Below are positions 27,779-38,493 of a DNA stretch of 64,000 nucleotides, in pieces. A program made the translations under genes and the position numbers. Within the stretch, counting starts at the first letter, position 1, and each line of letters starts with the position of its first letter. The DNA is from an uncultured Lachnospiraceae bacterium (lineage in GTDB: Bacteria > Bacillota > Clostridia > Lachnospirales > Lachnospiraceae). The notes under the pieces are model-generated. The model was not told the DNA's origin and did not search any database. It saw only the letters and a list, made by a program, of their open reading frames with translations. The stretch spans positions 447 through 64,446 of the forward strand of contig CAMOGH010000008.1 of the NCBI GenBank assembly GCA_946614135.1, written 5' to 3'.

Positions 27779-28204
27779 TTATTCTACTACTTCAACGCCC
27801 ATTGAACGTGCTGTACCTGCGATCATGCTCATAGCAGCCTCGAGGCTTGCAGCGTTAAGGTCTGGGAGCTTTGTCTTAGCAATCTCTTCAACCTGAGCCT
27901 TTGTAATCTTTCCAGCTTTCTTTCTGTTAGGTTCACCTGAAGCCTTTGAAAGCTTAGCAGCCTTCTTGATAAGAACTGCAGCTGGAGGAGTCTTTGTGAT
28001 GAAGCTAAAGCTTCTATCAGCATAAACAGTGATAACTACTGGGATGATCATATCACCCTGATCAGCTGTCTTTGCATTGAACTGCTTTGTGAATTCTACG
28101 ATATTAACACCGTGCTGACCAAGTGCTGGTCCAACAGGTGGTGCAGGAGTTGCCTTACCTGCAGGTATCTGTAATTTAATGTATCCTGTTACTTTCTTCG
28201 CCAT
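27779..28204 (-). CDS. rplK: 50S ribosomal protein L11
   Basis: Start [34 protein letters not shown], with AGGAGG upstream. Confidence 0.95.
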   Translation of the reverse strand: MAKKVTGYIKLQIPAGKATPAPPVGPALGQHGVNIVEFTKQFNAKTADQGDMIIPVVITVYADRSFSFITKTPPAAVLIKKAAKLSKASGEPNRKKAGKITKAQVEEIAKTKLPDLNAASLEAAMSMIAGTARSMGVEVVE

Positions 28205-28261
28205 CTTAGCGTACCTCCTAAAAGTGGTATTAACGGGTTCTTCTAACCCTTCCACAAATTG

Positions 28262-28867
28262 TTACAATTTCTCAATATCACCTAAGCCGATTTCAACATC
28301 TGTTGAACGACCGAAGATATCAATATCGATTGTTACTGTCTGCTTAGTAGCATTAATTGACTTGATAACACCGATTGTGTCTGCCCATGCACCTGCGATT
28401 ACTTTGATAGAATCGCCAATCTCAACGTCGATCTCGATATCGTCTGACTTAACGCCAAGCTTCCTCATCTCTTCATCGCTGAGAGGTACAGGTTCTGATC
28501 CAGGTCCAACAAATCCTGTTACACCACGAGTATTTCTTACAACGTACCATGTAACATCATTCTTGATCATGTGAACAAGAACATAACCTGGGAAAATTTT
28601 TCTTGAAACGACCCTCTTAGTGCCGTTCTTCATTTCGGTAACGTCCTGAACAGGAACCATAACTTCGAACATCTGGTCCTGAAGTTTACGATTCTCAATA
28701 GTCTTCTCGATATCAGTCTTTACTTTGTTCTCGTATCCTGAGTATGTATGGACTACATACCAATGTGGTTCATTATCCCCACCCTGCTTGATATTTTTTG
28801 ATACAGGGGCCTCTGATGCATTGATGTTTTCAATGTTTGTTACATTTTCAATTCTATCTTCTGCCAT
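28262..28867 (-). CDS. nusG: Transcription termination/antitermination factor NusG
   Basis: 201 aa. WYVVHTYSGYENKV in the NGN domain, a KOW-like C-terminus, and the conserved secE-nusG-rplK context. Confidence 0.9.
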   Translation of the reverse strand: MAEDRIENVTNIENINASEAPVSKNIKQGGDNEPHWYVVHTYSGYENKVKTDIEKTIENRKLQDQMFEVMVPVQDVTEMKNGTKRVVSRKIFPGYVLVHMIKNDVTWYVVRNTRGVTGFVGPGSEPVPLSDEEMRKLGVKSDDIEIDVEIGDSIKVIAGAWADTIGVIKSINATKQTVTIDIDIFGRSTDVEIGLGDIEKL

Positions 28868-28882
28868 CTTTACACTCCCTAA

Positions 28883-29086
28883 TTAAAAAATAAAAGTAAG
28901 TCCATACTGAAGAACCTGATCAACACCCCAGATAATCGCACCAAGCAACACTGCTGAAACAACCACAACGACTGTTTCTTTGATAAGCTGGTTCTTAGAT
29001 GGCCAAGTTATCTTGCCAAATTCAGCCTTGATAGACTTGAACCAACTTCTCTCTAAAGCAGGTGATGTCTCTTTCTTATCTGACAT
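28883..29086 (-). CDS. secE: Preprotein translocase subunit SecE
   Basis: 67 aa with a single C-terminal TM helix. Located between rpmG and nusG. Confidence 0.85.
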   Translation of the reverse strand: MSDKKETSPALERSWFKSIKAEFGKITWPSKNQLIKETVVVVVSAVLLGAIIWGVDQVLQYGLTFIF

Positions 29087-29106
29087 AATAATTCTCCTAA
29101 TTTAGA

Positions 29107-29256
29107 CTATTTTGTTTCCTTGTGAACTGTATGAGCCTTGCAGAATGGACAATACTTCTTTGTTTCCATTCTATCAGGGTGCTGTCTCTTATCCTTAGTC
29201 ATATTGTAATTACGCTGTTTACAATCCTGACATGCCAATGTGATCTTTACGCGCAC
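29107..29256 (-). CDS. rpmG: 50S ribosomal protein L33
   Basis: Not in the ORF track because it is under 60 aa. The GTG start is preceded by GGAGGTG. Translation: [49 protein letters not shown]. Confidence 0.9.
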   Translation of the reverse strand: MRVKITLACQDCKQRNYNMTKDKRQHPDRMETKKYCPFCKAHTVHKETK

Positions 29257-29443
29257 AACTGTCACCTCCGTATTTTTTTATTTTGTACAACTTTTGCCTT
29301 GCGAAATTCGGTCGTTTATTTCCAGCCGTCGCTGGTAATGTGCACCATTTCATGCACAAAAATAAAAGCCCGAAGGCATCGCAACGTATAGATTACCATA
29401 ATACGTACTGATGCGTCAAGGCTTTTATTGTATATGTTCTTAT

Positions 29444-30238
29444 TTAATTCTCACTTTGTAAGATATCAAGTTCTTCTTTTGTTAATTTTCTGTAGGATCC
29501 AATGGATAAATCTTCCGGAAGCTTAAGCAGCCCCATAGAAATTCTCTTCAGGTATATAACCTCACATCCAACAGCTTCAAACATTCTCTTTACCTGATGG
29601 AATCTTCCTTCTCTTATAGTAAGATAAGTTCCTGTTAGTTTCTCATCAAAAATGCTGTCATCTATCTTATCACTATTCTTTATATAATTCAAAGCATCTT
29701 TAAAACAAGGCGATTCATCTTCTTTTAAGATCAAAAGATCTGCAGGTTTTGTAAGCGTTTCATCATGAATATCAACTCCTAAAAGAAAGGCTTTCTTTGT
29801 ATCCTCATTAACAGGACCTCTTACATAGGCAAAATATGTCTTATCCACATGTTTTCCTGGCTTAAGAAGTCTGTTGGCGAGATGTCCGTCATTGGTAATA
29901 AGAAGAAGTCCCTCTGTATCCCTGTCAAGACGCCCCACAGGAAACAGATCTCTTCTTTTTCTTTCTTTGATAAGATCAACTACTGTCTTCTCCTTCTTAT
30001 CCTCCGCCGCAGAAATGATTCCTGCCGGTTTATTCAGAAGATAATATTCAAATTCTTCATGACAGATCACTTTACCGTCTACAGCTACCTCATCACTTTC
30101 TGTATCGACTTTTGTATCCGGCTTTATTATCTTTATACCATTTACAGTTATATTATGTCTCTTTAATAATTGTTTTACTTCACTTCTTGTGCCAAGTCCT
30201 GCATCACAAAGGAGCTTGTCAAGTCTGATTAATTTCAT
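29444..30238 (-). CDS. Pseudouridine synthase, RsuA/RluB family (S4 domain plus catalytic domain)
   Basis: 264 aa. RLDKLL S4 N-terminus and the PVGRLDRDTEGLLL catalytic motif. Confidence 0.85.
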   Translation of the reverse strand: MKLIRLDKLLCDAGLGTRSEVKQLLKRHNITVNGIKIIKPDTKVDTESDEVAVDGKVICHEEFEYYLLNKPAGIISAAEDKKEKTVVDLIKERKRRDLFPVGRLDRDTEGLLLITNDGHLANRLLKPGKHVDKTYFAYVRGPVNEDTKKAFLLGVDIHDETLTKPADLLILKEDESPCFKDALNYIKNSDKIDDSIFDEKLTGTYLTIREGRFHQVKRMFEAVGCEVIYLKRISMGLLKLPEDLSIGSYRKLTKEELDILQSEN

Positions 30239-31080
30239 TTAGCAATAACCTTTACAATAGCTACTATTAATACTATAATTCCAAGTCCGATACGATAATA
30301 TCCAAAGGCTTTAAAATCGTGAGACTTGATATATTTCATCAGGAATTTGATCACAAATATTGATACTATAAATGAAATTCCCATTCCAAGTATCAGTGCA
30401 AAGAATTCATATGCTTTAAAATGGAATCCGAATTTAAGGATTTTTAAAAGACTCGCACCAAACATAGCTGGAATTCCAAGGAAGAAAGTATATTCTGCTG
30501 CAACCTTTCTTGATAATCCTATCCAGAGACCACCAATGATAGTTGCTCCTGATCTTGATGTACCAGGAATGATAGAAAGCACCTGAAAAAGCCCTATCAT
30601 AAGAGCATCCTTATAAGTCATCCTTTTCATCTTTTCTACTCTTGGTTTTCTTCCTTTATTTCTATTCTCAATAAAGATAAACCATACGCCGTATGCGATA
30701 AGCATTATTGCAATCACAACTGCATTATGAAGATGTTTATCAATAAAGTCATCAAATAACAGGCCTATAACCATAACAGGTAATGTACCTATTATAACTT
30801 TAACCCACATGAGAAGTGTTGAGCGCTTAACAACAACACCGGAATTTGTCCCTTCTTCTTTATAAAAAGGCCAAAGACGTTTCCAATAGATAACAACAAC
30901 AGCCATTATAGCTCCCAGCTGTATTACCACCAGAAACATATTCATAAACTGCTCTGATACATTTAATTTAAGGAATTCATTTACAAGAAGCATATGCCCC
31001 GTACTGCTTATTGGTAGCCATTCTGTGATTCCTTCCACAATTCCAAGAAAAATAACCTTTATTATCTCTAAAAAGCTCAT
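30235..31080 (-). CDS. uppP: Undecaprenyl-diphosphate phosphatase
   Basis: 281-aa polytopic membrane protein with the EWLPISSTGH and PGTSRSG motifs. Confidence 0.9.
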   Translation of the reverse strand: MSFLEIIKVIFLGIVEGITEWLPISSTGHMLLVNEFLKLNVSEQFMNMFLVVIQLGAIMAVVVIYWKRLWPFYKEEGTNSGVVVKRSTLLMWVKVIIGTLPVMVIGLLFDDFIDKHLHNAVVIAIMLIAYGVWFIFIENRNKGRKPRVEKMKRMTYKDALMIGLFQVLSIIPGTSRSGATIIGGLWIGLSRKVAAEYTFFLGIPAMFGASLLKILKFGFHFKAYEFFALILGMGISFIVSIFVIKFLMKYIKSHDFKAFGYYRIGLGIIVLIVAIVKVIAK

Positions 31081-31155
31081 ACCTGCCCCCTTTTAGTTTT
31101 TTGTCATAACAAAGAAATTATAACTTATTTTTCACAATCAATCTATCTTTTTTTC

Positions 31156-31896
31156 TTATTTTTCAACCAGTTCTGTATATTTATCCGCCACCTGGTTAAC
31201 TTCTCCAAAATCTATCATCTTTCCATGATCAAGTATCATGGCTTTGTTGCATATTCTTCTTACCTGATCTGTATTATGGGATACAAAGAGAACTGTAACA
31301 CCTTTATCAAGAAGAGACATGAGCTTCTTCTCACTCTTTTTCTTAAATTTTGCATCACCAACAGATAGTACTTCATCAAGGATCAGGATATCCGGTTCAA
31401 CAATGGTTGCTATGGCAAAGCCAAGTCTGGTCTTCATACCGGAAGAATAATTCTTAAGAGGAACATCAATAAAATCCCTTAATTCTGAAAATTCTATTAT
31501 TTCCTCTAACTTTGAATCTATGAACTTCCTGCTATAACCAAGACACGCGCCATAAAGATAGATATTTTCAAGTCCTGTATATTGGGGATCAAACCCTGCT
31601 CCCAGTTCAATAAGTGGGGCAAGGACTCCCGATCTTTCCACAGAACCCTTTGTAGGCTTAAATACACCGGCAATAACCTTAAGAAGTGTAGATTTTCCAG
31701 CCCCGTTAAATCCAAGTATTCCCAGCCTGTCTCCTTTTTTAAGCTGAAAATCAATATTTTCCAATGCCCAGAATTCATCAAATTCAAGCTGTCCTTTAAG
31801 AAGCTTGATAATATATTCTTTTAGAGAATCCACCTTTTCTTTACTAAGGTTAAATCTCATGCTAACATCATTAACTTTTAAAACTGTATCACTCAT
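31156..31896 (-). CDS. Polysaccharide/teichoic acid export ABC ATPase (TagH/Wzt-like)
   Basis: 246 aa. Walker A GFNGAGKST, signature YSSGMKTR, Walker B ILILDEV. Confidence 0.8.
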   Translation of the reverse strand: MSDTVLKVNDVSMRFNLSKEKVDSLKEYIIKLLKGQLEFDEFWALENIDFQLKKGDRLGILGFNGAGKSTLLKVIAGVFKPTKGSVERSGVLAPLIELGAGFDPQYTGLENIYLYGACLGYSRKFIDSKLEEIIEFSELRDFIDVPLKNYSSGMKTRLGFAIATIVEPDILILDEVLSVGDAKFKKKSEKKLMSLLDKGVTVLFVSHNTDQVRRICNKAMILDHGKMIDFGEVNQVADKYTELVEK

Positions 31897-31908
31897 ACAT
31901 TTACGCTC

Positions 31909-32679
31909 TTATATATTAAGGATAAATTTATCTTCATTCTTCTTAAACATGAATAATCCCACAACAACTGATATCACACTGAATATAAATGCATAGAGAA
32001 GATAAGGCAGAGCCATTGGTCTTCCAAATATGCAATCTCTGAAATTCATGATAACACAGTAAAGCGGATTTACTTTAAGTACAAATCCCCAGCCACTTTT
32101 TAAAAGTCTTTCAGGTTTATAGAATATTGCACAGGTGTACATTATCAGCATAAGGAATACATTCCAAAGATATTCCATATCTCTGAAGAACACTCCTATA
32201 GTAGAAAGAATAAGTCCGCATCCTGTAGAAAGGATAAGCAGTATAAAAAGAGGCACTATAGCTAATGGCAGGTATATAGTAGGATAAACCCCCAGCACAA
32301 TAGCGACAACCGCCAGCACTATAAGAGATATTAAAAATATAATATAGTTAAATAAAATACCTGAAAATGGATAAAGAAGCTTTGGCACATAAATCTTCTT
32401 TATCATAGATGCATTCTGCCTGATAGATTTAAGAGCTGCTGTAGTTGACTGTGAAAAACAGCTGTAAAGAAGTCGTCCGGCAAGAATATACACTGGAAAC
32501 GCCTTATCTTTAACTCCCATCAGTGTCCCAAAAACTATGGTAAGTATTATCATTGTAAGAAGTGGTTCAAGAAGTGACCAAATGATACCAAGATAAGATC
32601 TTCTATACTTAAGTTTGATCCCTTTCTTTACAAGCTCAGATAATATAAATCTGTTCTGTAAAAATGTATTTGTGTTCAT
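31909..32679 (-). CDS. ABC-2 permease (TagG/Wzm-like)
   Basis: 256 aa with 6 TM helices. Adjacent to the TagH-like ATPase. Confidence 0.8.
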   Translation of the reverse strand: MNTNTFLQNRFILSELVKKGIKLKYRRSYLGIIWSLLEPLLTMIILTIVFGTLMGVKDKAFPVYILAGRLLYSCFSQSTTAALKSIRQNASMIKKIYVPKLLYPFSGILFNYIIFLISLIVLAVVAIVLGVYPTIYLPLAIVPLFILLILSTGCGLILSTIGVFFRDMEYLWNVFLMLIMYTCAIFYKPERLLKSGWGFVLKVNPLYCVIMNFRDCIFGRPMALPYLLYAFIFSVISVVVGLFMFKKNEDKFILNI

Positions 32680-32689
32680 CTCATTATCC

Positions 32690-33181
32690 TTAATTATTTA
32701 TAAATTTTACACTGTCAGCCCATTTGAAAATATCTTTTCTATAAAGATCATAAGTTTTTCCCATTGGGCATGCAAAAGAAACAAGCCAGTAATAATCTTC
32801 ATTATCGTAGAAGAAATTAACATAAGTAAGCTTTGATTCTTTATTATCATATGTAAAATAAATATAATTATCTTCTGTGTTTACAGTAACAGTATCCGGA
32901 ATATCATTTCCTTTTATATATGCTGCAACATAGTCTGAAAGTGAATTAACTTCAAGGCCTGATTTCTCAAGGTCATCACTATCAGTTCTAATACCCACAG
33001 CATTAATATATCCATTTGTCATAGCCCAGGTTGCATTCTTATTCTTAACTGATCTCATATCTTCACTCATGGAAATTGACATTCCACCCAGATCAGAATA
33101 CCTTTTTGCCTTGCATCCTGTAAGTGATAGCACTGCTACAATAAGAACCATTGTAACTAATACTTTTTTTCTATATTTCAT
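32690..33181 (-). CDS. Lipoprotein of unknown function
   Basis: Start MKYRKKVLV, with a lipobox LSLTGC. Confidence 0.6.
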   Translation of the reverse strand: MKYRKKVLVTMVLIVAVLSLTGCKAKRYSDLGGMSISMSEDMRSVKNKNATWAMTNGYINAVGIRTDSDDLEKSGLEVNSLSDYVAAYIKGNDIPDTVTVNTEDNYIYFTYDNKESKLTYVNFFYDNEDYYWLVSFACPMGKTYDLYRKDIFKWADSVKFINN

Positions 33182-33381
33182 ATTATCAACCCTTTTCAAA
33201 AAACCAATTTCTAAGACAAATGCCTATACAGTTTATAAAAAGCCATAATTCTGCATCGTAATATACATTAATAATAGAATCATTTCATATAAAAGTCAAC
33301 AAAGCGCCCACTATAAAAGGCACCTTTCCCACAGGTGAATCCCATAAGAAAAGTGCCATAAAACCTTAAATTTATTAACGA

Positions 33382-34404
33382 TTAAAGAATTGTATGAACC
33401 CAGCCTTCTGGTCCTTCAATCTCACCCATCTGGATACCAGTAAGAGTGTTACGAAGCTTTGTAAGAACAGGTCCCATTTCTTCCATTCCGCTTGGGAAAC
33501 AGATTTCTCTTCCATGATCATTGATCTTTCCAACTGGAGAGATAACTGCAGCTGTACCACAGAGACCACACTCGTCGAATGTCTCAACTTCATCAAATAA
33601 AACTTCTCTTTCTTCAACTTCCATTCCAAGGTAGTCCTTTGCAACTACTTCAAGAGAACGACGTGTGATAGAAGGAAGGATTGAATCAGACTTTGGAGTG
33701 ATAAGAGTATTACCTTTAATAAAGATAAAGTTTGCACCACCTGTCTCTTCAACCTTTGTTCTTGTAGCAGGATCAAGATACATATTTTCTGCAAAACCAT
33801 TCTTATGAGCATCAACTATTGCATGAAGACTCATAGCATAATTAAGTCCTGCCTTGATATTTCCTGTTCCTCTTGGAGCTGCTCTGTCGAAATCACTTAC
33901 TCTGATAACGATCGGCTTTGCACCGCCCTTGAAGTAAGGTCCAACAGGAGTAACAAGAATTCTGAACATATAATCATCAGCTGGTTTAACACCAATAACT
34001 GAATTAGCACCGAACATATAAGGTCTGATATAAAGTGTAGCACCTGAACCGAATGGAGGAACCCATGCTGCATTGGCCTTAACAACTTCATCAACGGCCT
34101 CTACAAATTTATCAACAGGGAAGACTGGCATTTCAAGGCGAGCTGCTGAATCAGCCATTCTCTGGGCATTAAGATCAGGACGGAAGCAGACGATATGTCC
34201 ATCCTTTGTTGTATAAGCTTTAAGTCCTTCAAAGATTGACTGTGAATACTGAAGCACGCCAGCGCATTCACTGATAGTTACAGTGTGCTCTTTTGTAAGA
34301 GCGCCATTATCCCATTTGCCATCTTTGAACCATGATACATAGCTCGCATCAGTTTCCATATATCCGAAACCAAGTGAGCCCCAGTCGATATCCTTCTTTT
34401 CCAT
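33382..34404 (-). CDS. ilvE: Branched-chain amino acid aminotransferase
   Basis: Class IV aminotransferase-like sequence (EGLKAY, GTGNIKAGLNY). Start taken at MEKKDIDWG after GGAG. Confidence 0.85.
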   Translation of the reverse strand: MEKKDIDWGSLGFGYMETDASYVSWFKDGKWDNGALTKEHTVTISECAGVLQYSQSIFEGLKAYTTKDGHIVCFRPDLNAQRMADSAARLEMPVFPVDKFVEAVDEVVKANAAWVPPFGSGATLYIRPYMFGANSVIGVKPADDYMFRILVTPVGPYFKGGAKPIVIRVSDFDRAAPRGTGNIKAGLNYAMSLHAIVDAHKNGFAENMYLDPATRTKVEETGGANFIFIKGNTLITPKSDSILPSITRRSLEVVAKDYLGMEVEEREVLFDEVETFDECGLCGTAAVISPVGKINDHGREICFPSGMEEMGPVLTKLRNTLTGIQMGEIEGPEGWVHTIL

Positions 34405-34477
34405 AATTTGCATCTCCATTCTTAATTTAATAAATACATTTTATTCCGTATTAGTAGAATGTCAAGAAAATTTTATT

Positions 34478-35338
34478 CTATTCTGCAGTTTTTACCATAT
34501 TTTTTAAACTAAGGTCCATGATTGGAGCTGAATAAGTAATGGCACCTGAAGAAACATAGTCAACTCCGATGGATGATATGTCACGAAGACGATCCTCTGT
34601 AACATTTCCGGAAACCTCAATTTCTGCTCTTCCATCTATCATATCTACCGCTGTCTTCATGGTCTGAAGGTCCATATTATCCAGCATGATGATATCAGCC
34701 TTTGCTTCAAGAGCTTCCTTAAGCTGATCTAAAGTTTCAACCTCAATCTCAATTTTTCTTACAAATGGAGCATATTCTCTTGCCATTTCAATAGCCTTCT
34801 TAACTCCACCTGCCGATGAAATGTGATTGTCCTTAAGAAGGACACCATCTGAAAGATTGTATCTGTGATTTGTTCCACCACCGCACTTAACGGCATACTT
34901 TTCAAAAGCTCTCATACCAGGAGTTGTCTTTCTTGTATCTAAAAGCTTTGTTTTTGTTCCCTTAAGAACTTCCACATACTTATTTGTATATGTAGCGATA
35001 CCACTCATTCTCTGAAGATAGTTAAGAGCTGTTCTTTCGCCTGAAAGAAGAGCCTTAATATCTCCATAAATAACGCCAATAAGCTGTCCTTTCTTTACGA
35101 AATCACCATCTTTAACTTCTGTTTCAAATCTTGACTTGTCATCTAAAAGATAAAATACTCTCTCAAATACCTTAAGTCCGCAGATGATACCATCCTGCTT
35201 ACAGATAAGGTCTGCTTTTCCGGCTGCATCTTCAGGCATAATAGCATTTGTAGATACATCTTCACTGGTAATATCTTCTTTTAAAGCTGCGATTATATAA
35301 TCATCTATATTAATTCTAAAGTTTACACCATTTATCAT
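34478..35338 (-). CDS. nadC: Nicotinate-nucleotide diphosphorylase (quinolinate phosphoribosyltransferase)
   Basis: 286-aa typical NadC (ERTALNYLQ, LLDTRKT, MLDN). Confidence 0.9.
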   Translation of the reverse strand: MINGVNFRINIDDYIIAALKEDITSEDVSTNAIMPEDAAGKADLICKQDGIICGLKVFERVFYLLDDKSRFETEVKDGDFVKKGQLIGVIYGDIKALLSGERTALNYLQRMSGIATYTNKYVEVLKGTKTKLLDTRKTTPGMRAFEKYAVKCGGGTNHRYNLSDGVLLKDNHISSAGGVKKAIEMAREYAPFVRKIEIEVETLDQLKEALEAKADIIMLDNMDLQTMKTAVDMIDGRAEIEVSGNVTEDRLRDISSIGVDYVSSGAITYSAPIMDLSLKNMVKTAE

Positions 35339-36632
35339 AAAAAGCTTTATCCTTTCTCTTTATCTCATTCATAATGATCTTCTTATTATTTTCCTTCCAC
35401 TTCTTTTCATCCTTAAGTGGCTCTAAATCAACTGAAGGTTTCTTTAAAGAAATATTTCCTATCTCTTCATTTATAACGTATCCGGCTCTTTCTCCAAATA
35501 TAAGGCTCTCAAGAAGTGAGTTACTTGCAAGACGGTTAGCCCCATGAACACCATTACAAGCTGTTTCTCCAACTGCATAAAGATGTTCCATAGTAGTTCT
35601 TCCATAAGTATCTGTATGGATTCCTCCCATAAGATAATGCTGGGCAGGTGTTACAGGGATAGGCTCCTTGGTGATATCATATCCAGCTTCTTTACAATGA
35701 TTATATATATTTGGGAAATGACTTAAAATTTCTTCTTTAGGTATATTTTCAAATGAAAGTCTTACGTAAGGAAGATCATCTTTCTCCATCTGTACCTTTT
35801 CAGCTGCTGTTACCACATCACGAGGCTGAAGTTCATCTGTGAAACGTTTTCCATCCTTTCCTATAAGAATGGCACCTTCACCTCTTACAGATTCTGATAT
35901 GAGGAACTTTCTTCCAGGCACATTTTCATAGAAAATCGTCGGATGTATCTGAATATAATTAATATTCTCAAGTTCTATATCATGCTTTAGGGCTATGGCA
36001 AAACTGTCTCCGGAAATGTGACTGAAATTAGTGGAATTCTTAAATAATCCACCAATACCTCCGGTAGCGAGGATTACTTCCTTTGCATATATAAGGATAA
36101 ATTCATCATCCTTTTTTGCAACGATACCATGACACGAATTCCCGTCTGTAATAAGGTCCATCATGGTAGTATGTTCACTGAATGTTATATTATCAGCTTT
36201 TTTTACTGCTTCAAAAAGCTTTGAAGTTATCTCTTTTCCGGTAACATCTTCATGGTGAAGGATCCTGAAGGTAGAATGTCCGCCTTCTCTTGTATAATCA
36301 AATGTTCCATCACTGTTCTTCTCAAAATCCACGCCATATGAAACCAGTCTTTCTATAACACGTGGTGAATTTTCGATCATTATCCTTACTGATTCTGCTC
36401 TGTTTTCATAATGTCCGGCTTTCATTGTATCTTCATAAAAAGAATCAAAATCGGATGGTTCTTTTAAAACGCAGATACCTCCCTGTGCAAGATATGAATC
36501 ACTATTAAGGATTTCATCTTTTGTAATCATGAGGACCTTAAGGTTGTCTGGCATTGAAAGGGTAGCAAAAAGTCCCGCTGCTCCTGTACCGACAACAACA
36601 ACATCAAATTCCTCTTCTCTGACTTTAATCAT
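35316..36632 (-). CDS. nadB: L-aspartate oxidase
   Basis: Start MIKVREEEFDVVVVGTGAAGL (FAD fold). Contains HYLMGG and NRLASNSLLE motifs. Confidence 0.9.
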   Translation of the reverse strand: MIKVREEEFDVVVVGTGAAGLFATLSMPDNLKVLMITKDEILNSDSYLAQGGICVLKEPSDFDSFYEDTMKAGHYENRAESVRIMIENSPRVIERLVSYGVDFEKNSDGTFDYTREGGHSTFRILHHEDVTGKEITSKLFEAVKKADNITFSEHTTMMDLITDGNSCHGIVAKKDDEFILIYAKEVILATGGIGGLFKNSTNFSHISGDSFAIALKHDIELENINYIQIHPTIFYENVPGRKFLISESVRGEGAILIGKDGKRFTDELQPRDVVTAAEKVQMEKDDLPYVRLSFENIPKEEILSHFPNIYNHCKEAGYDITKEPIPVTPAQHYLMGGIHTDTYGRTTMEHLYAVGETACNGVHGANRLASNSLLESLIFGERAGYVINEEIGNISLKKPSVDLEPLKDEKKWKENNKKIIMNEIKRKDKAFYDKWCKL

Positions 36633-36800
36633 AGTCTTTCTTTGTTGTCCTTCTTTCCAACATAAATATATCTTTTTAAATATGCCACAACCCATGGTAG
36701 GTGTCAATGGGACGGTTTTTTCTTTAATCTTTAAAAAACATGTTGCGTGTGTTATAATGAAGAATGTTTTTTATTATTTTGGAAAGGAAGAATAGTCATT

Positions 36801-38195
36801 ATGTACCAGGTAGATTTTACAAAGCCATGCCATGTACATTTTATAGGAATTGGCGGAATCAGCATGAGTGGACTTGCTGAGATATTAAATAAGGAAGGCT
36901 TTAAGGTCACAGGTTCAGATATGAAGGAATCTGAGACAACAAAAATATTAGAAGACAAAGGTATCAAAATATATATCGGACAGTACGCCTCAAACATAAC
37001 CTCTGAAGAAGATATTGATCTGGTTGTCTATACTGCAGCCATTTCAAATGATAACGAAGAACTTCTCATGGCTAAGGAAAGAAATATCCCTCTTCTTACC
37101 CGTGCCCAGCTTCTTGGTCAGATTATGGAGAATTATAAATATTCTATAGCAGTAAGTGGAACCCATGGAAAAACAACTACAACTTCAATGCTTTCACACA
37201 TTTTCATGGCTGCAGCCAAAGATCCAACCATATCAATAGGCGGAATGCTTAATCTTATAGGTGGAAACATCCGTGTAGGATCATCACCTTACTTTATTAC
37301 AGAAGCATGTGAATATACCAACAGCTTCCATTCATTCTATCCTTATATAAGCATCATCCTTAATATTGATAACGATCACCTGGATTTCTTTAAGAATATT
37401 GAAAATATCGTAAAGTCATTTGCCAAGTATTCAACCAACCTTAAGGATAACGGTCTCTTAGTTGTAAACGGCGATATGAAATATCTTGATGATATAAAGG
37501 CAGCCGTTAAGGATAAAGACTGCAAGATCATAACTTTCGGTCTTAATGATGGAAATGATTATCAGGCTAAAAATGTAGTTTTAAATGAAGAAGGTCATCC
37601 AACTTACGACCTTTATATCAACGGAGAGTATATGGATAAGATTGAGCTGGCAGTAACAGGAATTCACAATGCTGTTAACTCCCTTTCTACCATTGCCGCT
37701 GCAAAATTCCTTGATATAGATCTTTCTATTATAAAAGAAGGTTTAAAAAACTGTGCATCAGCCCACAGAAGATTTGAATATAAAGGAACTCTTCCTGGTA
37801 ACATCAAAGTTATAGATGATTATGCTCATCATCCAACAGAGATTGCAGCTACTCTTAAAGTAGGACGTTCTGTTGTAAAGAACGAGCTCTGGTGTGCATT
37901 CCAGCCGCATACCTATTCACGTACCAAGGCACTTCTCCCTGATTTTGCCAAGGCACTTTCAGTATGTGACCATGTACTTCTTGCTGACATCTATGCAGCA
38001 AGAGAAAAAGATGACGGCACTATCTCCTCAAAAGATTTGGAAAGAGAACTTAAAGCTTTAGGATGCGATGCTGTATATTTGGGCGATTTTGAGTCTATTA
38101 AAAAATATTTCAAATCTAATGTAAATAACAATGACATGTTGATAACTATGGGTGCCGGTAACATTGATTCTATCGGTGTTGAGTTACTTAAATAA
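36801..38195 (+). CDS. murC: UDP-N-acetylmuramate--L-alanine ligase
   Basis: Start MYQVDFTKPCHVHFIGIGGISMSGLAEIL. Contains GTHGKTTTT. Confidence 0.9.
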   Translation: MYQVDFTKPCHVHFIGIGGISMSGLAEILNKEGFKVTGSDMKESETTKILEDKGIKIYIGQYASNITSEEDIDLVVYTAAISNDNEELLMAKERNIPLLTRAQLLGQIMENYKYSIAVSGTHGKTTTTSMLSHIFMAAAKDPTISIGGMLNLIGGNIRVGSSPYFITEACEYTNSFHSFYPYISIILNIDNDHLDFFKNIENIVKSFAKYSTNLKDNGLLVVNGDMKYLDDIKAAVKDKDCKIITFGLNDGNDYQAKNVVLNEEGHPTYDLYINGEYMDKIELAVTGIHNAVNSLSTIAAAKFLDIDLSIIKEGLKNCASAHRRFEYKGTLPGNIKVIDDYAHHPTEIAATLKVGRSVVKNELWCAFQPHTYSRTKALLPDFAKALSVCDHVLLADIYAAREKDDGTISSKDLERELKALGCDAVYLGDFESIKKYFKSNVNNNDMLITMGAGNIDSIGVELLK

Positions 38196-38220
38196 CACTT
38201 ATCAACATTATCCACAAAAT

Positions 38221-38252
38221 TTCAGGTCTCTTAATAGAGACCTGATTTTTTA
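38221..38252 (+). terminator. Rho-independent terminator after murC
   Basis: Hairpin caggtctcttaatagagacctg followed by TTTTTT. Confidence 0.75.
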
Positions 38253-38493
38253 TTTATCAACATTTCAACTTTCTCATTATTTTTTATTGAGTCCGCATAT
38301 TACTTATCTTTATAAACATACCCCTTCATTTTGGTTTCTATTATCAACAAAATCAACATTCTATTTCGAGCCTCCCATGGATTTGCATTAGCAAAATAAG
38401 TAATATATAATCTCATTGCAGTCAAACGAGAGGACACAAAAAACCACCGTTTGCTTTAAATAAATAAGGTATGAAATAGGGATAAAAAGCGTT

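Noticed and set aside
29122-29391. 89-aa plus-strand ORF
   Set aside because: The opposite strand encodes a textbook L33 (rpmG, 29107-29256) with SD GGAGGTG, in the conserved rpmG-secE-nusG context. The plus-strand ORF has no SD.
38208-38216. Perfect DnaA box TTATCCACA between murC and the dnaD/dnaI-like genes (another perfect box in reverse orientation at 301-309)
   Set aside because: These are single isolated boxes with no cluster, no AT-rich unwinding element and no adjacent dnaA or dnaN. That is insufficient to call an origin or a regulated promoter.
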